Shown here: positions 25,217-32,249 of the stretch, in pieces
How the letters are laid out: every line of letters begins with the position of its first letter
Numbering within the stretch: position 1 is the first letter of the stretch
DNA from: Thermoplasmatales archaeon
GTDB lineage: Archaea; Thermoplasmatota; JASEFT01; JAUWIS01
Assembly (NCBI GenBank): GCA_030019485.1
Contig: JASEEW010000002.1
Location: forward strand, 1 to 32,249
Reading direction: 5' to 3'
Length of the DNA: 32,249 nucleotides
Notes under the pieces: model-generated
The model's input: only the letters and a program-made list of their open reading frames with translations
Told to the model about the DNA's origin: nothing
The model's database searches: none
Translations under genes and position numbers: made by a program

Positions 25217-25458
25217 TTTATCATTTTTCCTAATTCTTTTTTTGCCATGAGTATGGAGTCCCATTTTTTAATCTCGTTTTCGCTGTCATCAACCAAAACA
25301 ACTGCCGGTGTCCTTGTTACCTGATGAAAACTTGCCTCAGCCATGCCATCGACACTCTCCACATCATACTCCTTAACAGTTAAACCACTGTTTTTACATA
25401 TCTCCTTTGCCATGACACATTTCTGGCATCCATGCTTCCAAAACAGTTTCACAAACAT
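25213..25458 (-). CDS. Glutaredoxin/NrdH-like small thioredoxin-fold protein
   Basis: 81 aa with a CQKC (CxxC) motif near the N-terminus and TPAVVL downstream. Confidence 0.75.
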   Translation of the reverse strand: MFVKLFWKHGCQKCVMAKEICKNSGLTVKEYDVESVDGMAEASFHQVTRTPAVVLVDDSENEIKKWDSILMAKKELGKMIK

Positions 25459-25560
25459 CAGAATAGGTTAATGTGTTATGAATTAATAAGCATTATCGTT
25501 TCCAGCACATACGGTGTTGCCGAAAGTGGCAAATGTCCCGAAGGAAAATGAAGTGGCATT

Positions 25561-26550
25561 TCACTCTTTCTCCCCACACAACGAAAATAGGTCACTCTGT
25601 ATTCCACTTGCTACCATGTGTTTTATTGTTTTTCTCTTCTTATGAGATAAGTAGATTTCTTTCTTTTCCAATTCTAATGGATCCTGTGGGATAACAAATG
25701 CATCTTTGATCTTATCCCAATCTTTGTTTCTTACTGTTATCAGGTCATCCAGAAAAATACTGACATAGCACCCATTTATCATTGTAGGTTCTTCGACATC
25801 TAACTTTTTATTTGTTATTTCCACATACTTCGTGTCAATATCAATACCTACAAATTTCCTTCCTAACCTTTTAGCGGCAAGTGCAGTTGTTCCAGTACCA
25901 ATAAATGGGTCAAGTACAATATCCCCTTCATCGCTACTCATCAGAAGTAATCTTTCAAGAAGATGGATGGGTAATTGGCAAGGATGTTCATCTCTTCTTT
26001 TTTTGTGCCTAATTCTGTGAATATCAGTCCACACATCAGATACAAGCGGCCCAAATTGATGCATCTGACTTTTTTTACCACCGTAATCCTGTAAAATATA
26101 ATGGCAATTCCTGCAACGTTTATGCAACATTCTAATGTCATAAAACTTAAATTCATCAGACTTCACATAATACAAGATTCCATAGTGATTGGGTAGAAGG
26201 GTCTTCCCAAGTGGAGAACCCATTGCATCCCAAGCGATCCAATGACGAAAGATGGCAATTTCATTTAGATAAGAACCAAAATAAATCAACCATTTTGGAA
26301 TATTATGAACAAGGACAGAACCCATTGGTTTGGTGATACGAACCATCTCAGTAAGCCACTTTTCGCACCAAGCGAGATATTCCTCAACCTCGTATTTGTC
26401 ATAGTAGCTATTATATTTCTTTTTTAGATTAAAAGGAGGGTCAGCAAAAGTAACATCAACACTATTGTCTGGAATCTTTTTCATTATTTTCAAACAATCT
26501 CCTTGGACAATGGTATTTATCAAACTCTCAAAATATCGTTTATTTACCAT
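25561..26550 (-). CDS. Beta-class N6-adenine/N4-cytosine DNA methyltransferase (motif IV precedes motif I)
   Basis: Sequence: MVNKRYFESLINTIVQGDC...VDVTFADPPFN (motif IV) and VLDPFIGTGTTALAAKRLGRKFVGIDID (motif I). The ATG at 26548-26550 overlaps the nuclease stop by 11 nt. Confidence 0.88.
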   Translation of the reverse strand: MVNKRYFESLINTIVQGDCLKIMKKIPDNSVDVTFADPPFNLKKKYNSYYDKYEVEEYLAWCEKWLTEMVRITKPMGSVLVHNIPKWLIYFGSYLNEIAIFRHWIAWDAMGSPLGKTLLPNHYGILYYVKSDEFKFYDIRMLHKRCRNCHYILQDYGGKKSQMHQFGPLVSDVWTDIHRIRHKKRRDEHPCQLPIHLLERLLLMSSDEGDIVLDPFIGTGTTALAAKRLGRKFVGIDIDTKYVEITNKKLDVEEPTMINGCYVSIFLDDLITVRNKDWDKIKDAFVIPQDPLELEKKEIYLSHKKRKTIKHMVASGIQSDLFSLCGEKE

Positions 26551-27514
26551 GAAATGTCTCCTGTAGTAACTTTTCAAATCTTTCAAGTTCCTCCTTGCTA
26601 AATGTGAAAACGAAATCATAAGCCTCAACCATACGCCTTAAGTCGCCTCTTCTCACATACCAGCCAATCCCATCTACAAACCCAACAAAAATCACACTCG
26701 GATAATTTTTCTTCAAATAATCAGCAACGGTTTTTTCTGTCTTTGCTTTATCTCCCATTCCTGAAGCGGTGGTTACCGAATATGAACACTCAATTATTAA
26801 CTTTGGCGCTGTCTTGTTGGGAACTATAAAGTCCATTGTCCTCGGAATGTTTCCCGCCTCTGGAATTCTGAACTTTCCTTTCTCAAAGGTCAGTTTATGT
26901 GACCTCAAAACTTGTTCGATTACAACCTCAGGATTTCCTTCTCTGGCGGCTTTATATGAACCCTTTGTCTTGTATCTTATAATTGTATCCACAAGAGATT
27001 CTATTGAGAAACTGAACTTTTTTATATCAAGCTTCTTAAATTCAAAAAGTGGAAGAACTTTTTTTATCACAGGAACTGTAGGTCCTCTGAAGAATAGATT
27101 TACAATTCCCTCTGCAAACTTTTTGTTCGTTTTGATGATTGATTTTATCTTATCCAGACTCCATTCGGTTTTAAAATCTTCACTAGGCCAAGACTCTTTA
27201 TTAACAAGGCTGGATAAAGTTTTATCATCCATAGCCCTAACGAATGTCACTAATCTTTGCAAACTTTCTTTTGAAAAACCTGTTACGGTCAAAATTGCAT
27301 CTATACCATCTTCAATCTCTATAATGTGTTCGAGTAAGACAGACTCTTTTAGCCCCTCTCTGTCTATCCTGTTTTTGAGGAGAAAAATATTCTGGGCGAT
27401 TGAGGAAATATGTCCTTCGTAGTATTCTTCAAATTCTTCGTTGTAGAAATAGAAGGTATTCTTTGAGATTACGGTATTAAACTTCTCATCTAATGCAGGA
27501 TAACGCATAATCAT
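26540..27514 (-). CDS. Type II restriction endonuclease, DpnII/MboI-like by motif resemblance
   Basis: It sits between two methyltransferases with overlapping stop/start codons. The C-terminal pattern is MDFIVPNK...LIIECSYSVTTASGMGDKAKT...FVGFVDGIGWYVRRGDL. This resembles my recollection of R.DpnII (FDFVI...LIEVNFYSGSGSK...WITDGQGWY). Confidence 0.65.
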   Translation of the reverse strand: MIMRYPALDEKFNTVISKNTFYFYNEEFEEYYEGHISSIAQNIFLLKNRIDREGLKESVLLEHIIEIEDGIDAILTVTGFSKESLQRLVTFVRAMDDKTLSSLVNKESWPSEDFKTEWSLDKIKSIIKTNKKFAEGIVNLFFRGPTVPVIKKVLPLFEFKKLDIKKFSFSIESLVDTIIRYKTKGSYKAAREGNPEVVIEQVLRSHKLTFEKGKFRIPEAGNIPRTMDFIVPNKTAPKLIIECSYSVTTASGMGDKAKTEKTVADYLKKNYPSVIFVGFVDGIGWYVRRGDLRRMVEAYDFVFTFSKEELERFEKLLQETFHGK

Positions 27515-28839
27515 TTCACCTTCCTCAAAAATAGTATATACTCATCCTTCATAGTATTTTGTATTCCCTTTATTGGCTTTACCATTTTCTGGTCGAGGAC
27601 AAACGAATGTTTTACTGCCGTTTCTTCAACTTTAGTTTCCAATCTTATCCCACCTGTCTGGATATCATTTGACCCTATTATGATTACTGCATATTTGCCG
27701 ATTTTCAAAACTCGGGACATCTCGGACAAAACCTTGTCCATATCATCAAAATAATTGGCAAGTTTTTCTTTTCTGGTTTTACCTTTCAGACCGATCATTT
27801 CATCTTTGAGTTTAGATACATTGTATCCTAAATACTCTAATTGTGGTCGGTCATTCTCAGCATAATCAATTGCAAAAGAATAAGGCGGGGAGGTAATAAT
27901 AGCATCTATTGAATTGTCCTCTAAGGAAAGATTTCTTGCATCGCCGATTTCAAATCTCGCGTTACCAATCTTAAGGTCGAGTTTATCTCTTGCTTGAATA
28001 AATGAATTAATTTGTACTGTGTACCTTTTTAGTACGGAAGGAAAAAGCATATCTATGCTTTTCGAGCATCTTCTTGCGTAGCCCATTGCATCTAAAAAGG
28101 CGAGTAGGGTTATTGCCTTTTCTGGTTTAAATCCATCATGACAAGAGAAATCCGCATGTAACTTTTTACTGCTTATTAGGGTTTTATAATTTTTATGCAT
28201 ATTGTTCAGTATCGATGACAGGAGAGCCCCATCAACTTTTAATGCTTCATACTTGACCTTACTCATTAACACGCAAAATGGGCTTTTTTCAATTCCTATA
28301 GAATTAATTCCTAAGATACTTGCTTCCACATTCAAAGTGCCACTTCCACACATAGGGTCAAGAACAATATCTTCTGTGCTAATACCTAATATATTTAGCA
28401 GTCCCTTAATAAGCTGTGGATGGAATTTACCCCGATAGGGAAAAAGTCCGTGCGTAGCATAACCTGTAGAAAAGTTACCTTCTTTGAAGTATGATTTAGT
28501 TGTTTCAGATCTTCCCTGCCAGATAAGAGGACTATTATTAGAACAGATAATGTAATGATGAGTGGGCATTCCGTCCACACGTTTAAAAAATGCTCCTCTT
28601 TGAACGACTTCATCTTTAGTAAGAAACTTACATTCATAAAAGGCAAATTCTAATTCAAAAAGTTCAGAAGTGTTTGGTAGCAATTCATATCCATCCGGCA
28701 GTAGAAGTGATGTGATTTTAGGTAAATCTGATAATGAATTAATTTTTGAGATTTCTTCAATCTGCGTATTTAAACCAAAAGTTTCTTTCATGCTTATATT
28801 TGTTCTGGTCATATATTTCTCCTTAAACCACCATTTCAT
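27511..28839 (-). CDS. DNA methyltransferase with a UPF0020/Trm11-like motif I followed by an SPPY motif IV
   Basis: Sequence: VLDPMCGSGTLNVEASILG (motif I) and IDAIITSPPYSFAIDY (motif IV). Its stop overlaps the nuclease start as ATGA (27511-27514). An alternative start is Met10 at 28812. Confidence 0.8.
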   Translation of the reverse strand: MKWWFKEKYMTRTNISMKETFGLNTQIEEISKINSLSDLPKITSLLLPDGYELLPNTSELFELEFAFYECKFLTKDEVVQRGAFFKRVDGMPTHHYIICSNNSPLIWQGRSETTKSYFKEGNFSTGYATHGLFPYRGKFHPQLIKGLLNILGISTEDIVLDPMCGSGTLNVEASILGINSIGIEKSPFCVLMSKVKYEALKVDGALLSSILNNMHKNYKTLISSKKLHADFSCHDGFKPEKAITLLAFLDAMGYARRCSKSIDMLFPSVLKRYTVQINSFIQARDKLDLKIGNARFEIGDARNLSLEDNSIDAIITSPPYSFAIDYAENDRPQLEYLGYNVSKLKDEMIGLKGKTRKEKLANYFDDMDKVLSEMSRVLKIGKYAVIIIGSNDIQTGGIRLETKVEETAVKHSFVLDQKMVKPIKGIQNTMKDEYILFLRKVK

Positions 28840-28903
28840 ATATCTATGCTGTTATGAAACTCTCAATTCCAAACCTCCCAGCCTCAAAGACACCCAAATT
28901 GTT

Positions 28904-31012
28904 TCAACTCGTAAACTGGGAAGTTTGCCTGTGTCTCTCCTTCAGTTCGCCGAGCTTCCCCTTGTTCCAGTTATCTATTTTTGAGAAGAAACCTGTGACC
29001 CTTGTTATGCCCTCAATGTTCATGGAGGAGCAGTATGGGCAGTTATCATAAAGTCCTCTGACAGTTTTACCGCAGCTGAGACATGATGTAAACTCGGGTG
29101 AAAAGGCTATCTGCGAGTTGAGCGTGTTTTTGAACACTTTTCTAACAAAGTTTGCAATGCTGTCAGGGTCAGGCTTTGACTCGCCAAGCCAGACATGACT
29201 CAACGCACCAGCATCAATCATTGGATGGAATAAGCCCTCGTTCTTCACCCTGTCTATGGGGTTTACTGGTGCTGAAACATTCAGGTATGTTGAGTTTGTG
29301 TAATATATCTCACCCGTGCCTTTTATTCCTTTCATCACTGTCGCAGCCTGAAGAGGATAATGCTTCATGTCCAGTTTTGCAAACCTGTATGCTGTTGATT
29401 CCGCAGGTGTCTGCTCAAGAGGCATCCTTATCCCGTACTCGTCACCGATTTCCCTCCCTCTTTTGTTCATGTATGCTATGACCTTCAACCCGAATTTCAA
29501 TGAGTCCTTTGACCCGTGCATTTCCTGCCCGGTATGATACTGGACCATCTCATTCAAACCAAGTGTCCCAAGGAGGAATGTTGCCCTGTTCAGCCTGTAA
29601 TACGGTTCTCCGTCCAGGTTCATTGTTAGAAGTGTGAGAGGACCCCTGTTGCCCATGCCCAGCAGTTTTGTGATAAACTCTTTTTTCTGCACATGCGCCT
29701 TCGCAGCAAGCTCAATCCTTCTGTCCAGTATTTCAAACAGTTTTTTTTCATCCCCTCCAGCCTCATAACCTATTCTCGGCAGGTTTACTGTCACGTTCTG
29801 CATGGCAGAATACCTCATTTTCCAGGGTGTTTTTGCATCATTCAGGTCTTTTTCATCAAGATTAAAGGCAAGCCTGCAGCATTCACTTATCTTGGCAGTA
29901 CCGCCCCTGTCAAATACAAAATATGTGTTGCCTTTCTCTGATGCAATCTCTGAGATTTTATGCAGGAACTCATCATGCCCGTCTGTTGTGAAAAATTTTT
30001 CAGTCATGTGAACATTTGGCTTAGGGAAAAAGAACGGCCTGCCGGCAGCATCACCCTCCAGGTAAACATCAAACAGGGCGCTGACAAAACGCTGAGCTTC
30101 CTTTAGATAATCCTCATAGTTTTTCCCTGTGAAAACGCCTCCGGGGCCTATGGCGGGCACGCCAACAAAATGCTCAGGCACCTCCCAGTAAAGGTTCAGG
30201 TCACTGAAAATGCTCTGCCCTCCCCTTGCAACAGCCTGCTGAGCAAACTCAAACACAAGAATCTGCGCAAGCTGCTTCATTCTCTCATCATCCACGCCTA
30301 CAAGATAGGGTGCAACGAACAGGTTCACGGCATCCCAGCCAATGGCGCCTGCAAACGTTCCCTGCAGTGCTGCTGAAAACTTTATGATTTGCCCTATGAG
30401 AACCTCTGGATGGCGCGCAGGCCTTGCTATTGACAGGGCATTCGGCAGGTTCAGCCCGAATTTTTTCACGTACTCAATGGACTGCCCGCTGCAGTATGGT
30501 CTGTCCACAAACCCAAGGTCATGTATGTGTACATCCCCCCTCATGTGCGCATCAGCAATCTCCTGGGAGAAAACCTCAACCAGTGCGTACTCCTTTTTTA
30601 TCCTCTCAGCTAAACTCAGGTTTGTTGCCTCAGGGCCATGTGGAACATTTGCATTCTCCTTGTTAGGAGAGATGATAATGTTTCTTGCATCATACAATGG
30701 CACACCAAGACGTGTATGCTGCTTCCTGACCCTTTCCAGTCCGTACTCAATGAGTTTTGCATTTGTAAGCTCCCTGATAAGGGGTGCTGTGAGAACATCT
30801 ATCTCAAGGTTTGCAATAAGTTTTTCAACCTCCCTCGCGATGATGTTTGCAGCATCAGGATGAATATCAGTCTCTCTAATTAATGCGTCATAGATTTTCT
30901 TTTTGTCCCATTTGCGTATTTCCTCATCAGATGTTCTGACAAACAATGCGAGTTCTGTGGACTCATCCTCTGTTTTTATCTCGGGTCTGATACCATAGTC
31001 TTTTGCTCTCAT
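28904..31012 (-). CDS. nrdD: Anaerobic (class III) ribonucleoside-triphosphate reductase
   Basis: It has an N-terminal ATP-cone, ISECCRLAFNL, a C-terminal CLSCG...CPYC zinc site and the glycyl-radical motif ITRVTGFF. The start is set at the ATG at 31010-31012, preceded by GGTGA. The track begins at a GTG at 31021. Confidence 0.93.
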   Translation of the reverse strand: MRAKDYGIRPEIKTEDESTELALFVRTSDEEIRKWDKKKIYDALIRETDIHPDAANIIAREVEKLIANLEIDVLTAPLIRELTNAKLIEYGLERVRKQHTRLGVPLYDARNIIISPNKENANVPHGPEATNLSLAERIKKEYALVEVFSQEIADAHMRGDVHIHDLGFVDRPYCSGQSIEYVKKFGLNLPNALSIARPARHPEVLIGQIIKFSAALQGTFAGAIGWDAVNLFVAPYLVGVDDERMKQLAQILVFEFAQQAVARGGQSIFSDLNLYWEVPEHFVGVPAIGPGGVFTGKNYEDYLKEAQRFVSALFDVYLEGDAAGRPFFFPKPNVHMTEKFFTTDGHDEFLHKISEIASEKGNTYFVFDRGGTAKISECCRLAFNLDEKDLNDAKTPWKMRYSAMQNVTVNLPRIGYEAGGDEKKLFEILDRRIELAAKAHVQKKEFITKLLGMGNRGPLTLLTMNLDGEPYYRLNRATFLLGTLGLNEMVQYHTGQEMHGSKDSLKFGLKVIAYMNKRGREIGDEYGIRMPLEQTPAESTAYRFAKLDMKHYPLQAATVMKGIKGTGEIYYTNSTYLNVSAPVNPIDRVKNEGLFHPMIDAGALSHVWLGESKPDPDSIANFVRKVFKNTLNSQIAFSPEFTSCLSCGKTVRGLYDNCPYCSSMNIEGITRVTGFFSKIDNWNKGKLGELKERHRQTSQFTS

Positions 31013-31108
31013 AACTCTCACCAGTAGCCACTCTGTTTATACCTAATAGACTACATGGCTTAAATATATTTATAAAGATTAATAATTCATTAACTCAATC
31101 TACACAGG

Positions 31109-31603
31109 ATGATAAAAATCCTGCCTTTTGGGGATATTGACACTGCTGATATAAAGGCGCTGTGTGATAATTTGCCGTTCAAAACAGAAATAGCTGATAG
31201 AATAGAAATACCGGAAAAAGCATACGATTCTGAAAGAAATCAGTATCTTGCAGAATACTTTATTGAGGAAGCAAAAAGATTTGATGGAAGGGTTCTTGGT
31301 GTTACTGACGTAGATCTTTATACCTATGGTTTAAATTTTATTTTTGGTGAGGCTGAAATGAACGGTAGAATAGCAGTAATATCAATTTTTAGGTTAAGAA
31401 ATGGTAAGAAAACCTTTGTGGAAAGAATGGTTAAAGAAGCAGTGCATGAAATTGGTCACACAATAGGGTTGATACACTGCCAAAACCCTTTGTGTGTTAT
31501 GCATTTCTCAAACTGCCTTACAGATACTGATATAAAAAATGCTTGGTACTGCCCCAAGTGCGAAAGATTAGTAAAGAGTGAAATAGAGGGGTTGATGAAA
31601 TGA
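31109..31603 (+). CDS. amzA: Archaemetzincin-family zinc metalloprotease
   Basis: Sequence: AVHEIGHTIGLIHCQNPLCVMHFSN...YCPKC (HExxHxxGxxH plus a Cys4 site). 164 aa. Confidence 0.88.
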   Translation: MIKILPFGDIDTADIKALCDNLPFKTEIADRIEIPEKAYDSERNQYLAEYFIEEAKRFDGRVLGVTDVDLYTYGLNFIFGEAEMNGRIAVISIFRLRNGKKTFVERMVKEAVHEIGHTIGLIHCQNPLCVMHFSNCLTDTDIKNAWYCPKCERLVKSEIEGLMK

Positions 31604-32115
31604 TGGATGCAATAAGGAAAAGGAGAAGCATAAGAAAATACAAGTCTGGAAAAATAGATGAAAAAGACATAATTGAGATACTTGAAAATGCAATACTTGC
31701 CCCTTCCGCAGGAAATTTGCAGTCTTGGGAGTTTGTTCTCGTGAAAACCATGGAGCAGAAGAAAAAACTTGCTGATGCAGCATTTGGTCAGGATTTTATA
31801 TTAGATGCAGATTTTGTTGTTGTGGTGTGCGCAGACCAGAAAAGATCAAGCATGGTTTATGGTGAAAGAGGATATGAGCTTTATTCTATTCAGGATACAG
31901 CTGCAGCAATAGAAAACATTTTGCTTACAGTAACAGAAAAAGGATTTGGCGCGTGCTGGGTTGGAGCATTTGATGAATCAATGGTTAGGGATATAATAAA
32001 CTGCCCAGCGCATGTTAAGCCTGTCGCAGTAATACCAGTAGGAATTCCAGATGAAAAACCGAATATGCCTGAAAGGATACCTTTAAGAAGGGTTTTGCAT
32101 TGGGAGAGGTTTTGA
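31600..32115 (+). CDS. Nitroreductase-family protein (second paralogue in the window)
   Basis: Sequence: MMDAIRKRRSIRKY...APSAGNLQSWEFVLV...GFGACWVG. There is an ATGA overlap with amzA. Confidence 0.85.
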   Translation: MMDAIRKRRSIRKYKSGKIDEKDIIEILENAILAPSAGNLQSWEFVLVKTMEQKKKLADAAFGQDFILDADFVVVVCADQKRSSMVYGERGYELYSIQDTAAAIENILLTVTEKGFGACWVGAFDESMVRDIINCPAHVKPVAVIPVGIPDEKPNMPERIPLRRVLHWERF

Positions 32116-32249
32116 GAAAGCACAATGTGGTGGCGAACGATGGTGAGGTGACCAAATAAGGTTCAAACCCGAGTTTACGACTTATTGAATTTTTCCGTCG
32201 TTATCCTTGTATTACCCATCTAAAAAAATTAGGTACTTAGAAACCGGCC

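Noticed and set aside
26769-27422. Long antisense ORFs inside large genes (26769-27422, 30342-30863, 24045-24524, 8542-8997, 6860-7261, 3310-3672, 20558-20899)
   Set aside because: Each is fully contained within an opposite-strand gene that has strong family motifs. Their translations are low-complexity, Ser/Leu/Phe-rich and lack recognisable motifs.
32160-32170. GGTTCAAACCC resembling a tRNA T-arm/loop near the right edge
   Set aside because: The flanking bases cannot form a T-stem, acceptor stem or anticodon arm, so I could fold no tRNA on either strand. The last 130 bp remain unassigned.

Overview
The window looks like an archaeal chromosomal segment. The evidence is an archaeal-type ThrRS with the N-terminal editing domain, an archaemetzincin, GGTGAT/GGAGG ribosome-binding motifs and TATA-like boxes. 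I count about 30 genes and found no rRNA, tRNA or CRISPR array. All domain calls are motif recognition by eye, because no searches could be run.

Ordinary content: a partial secreted beta-helix protein (missing from the ORF track because it runs off the left edge), DUF72, a GlpA-like FAD oxidoreductase / second FAD oxidoreductase / DUF1667 trio with overlapping stop-start codons, a LarA-like protein, a SAM methyltransferase, a HAD hydrolase, a TM1367-type cyclophilin-like protein, an acetate-channel (GPR1/FUN34/YaaH) protein, GNAT, thrS, two nitroreductases, nrdD, a glutaredoxin-like protein, nrdG and archaemetzincin.

Accessory or unusual content:
1. A radical-SAM gene carries a LAGLIDADG intein placed exactly at the first Cys of its CX3CX2C motif. 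That intein is in turn split by an IS110-family element whose 5' leader is highly structured (bridge-RNA-like).
2. A head-to-head pair of paralogous STAND NTPase-TPR proteins has different N-terminal modules (winged helix versus a Cys-rich domain). The pair is separated by four 11-bp tandem repeats next to a palindromic TATA element. The plus-strand STAND gene is co-oriented and overlapping with a multi-pass membrane protein ending in a double zinc ribbon. This is the best candidate here for an undescribed regulatory or defence-like system.
3. A three-gene type II R-M cassette (two methyltransferases plus a DpnII-like nuclease), flanked by a 9-bp direct repeat, is wedged between nrdD and its glutaredoxin/nrdG partners.
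4. A TPR-Ras/Rab-like small GTPase fusion.
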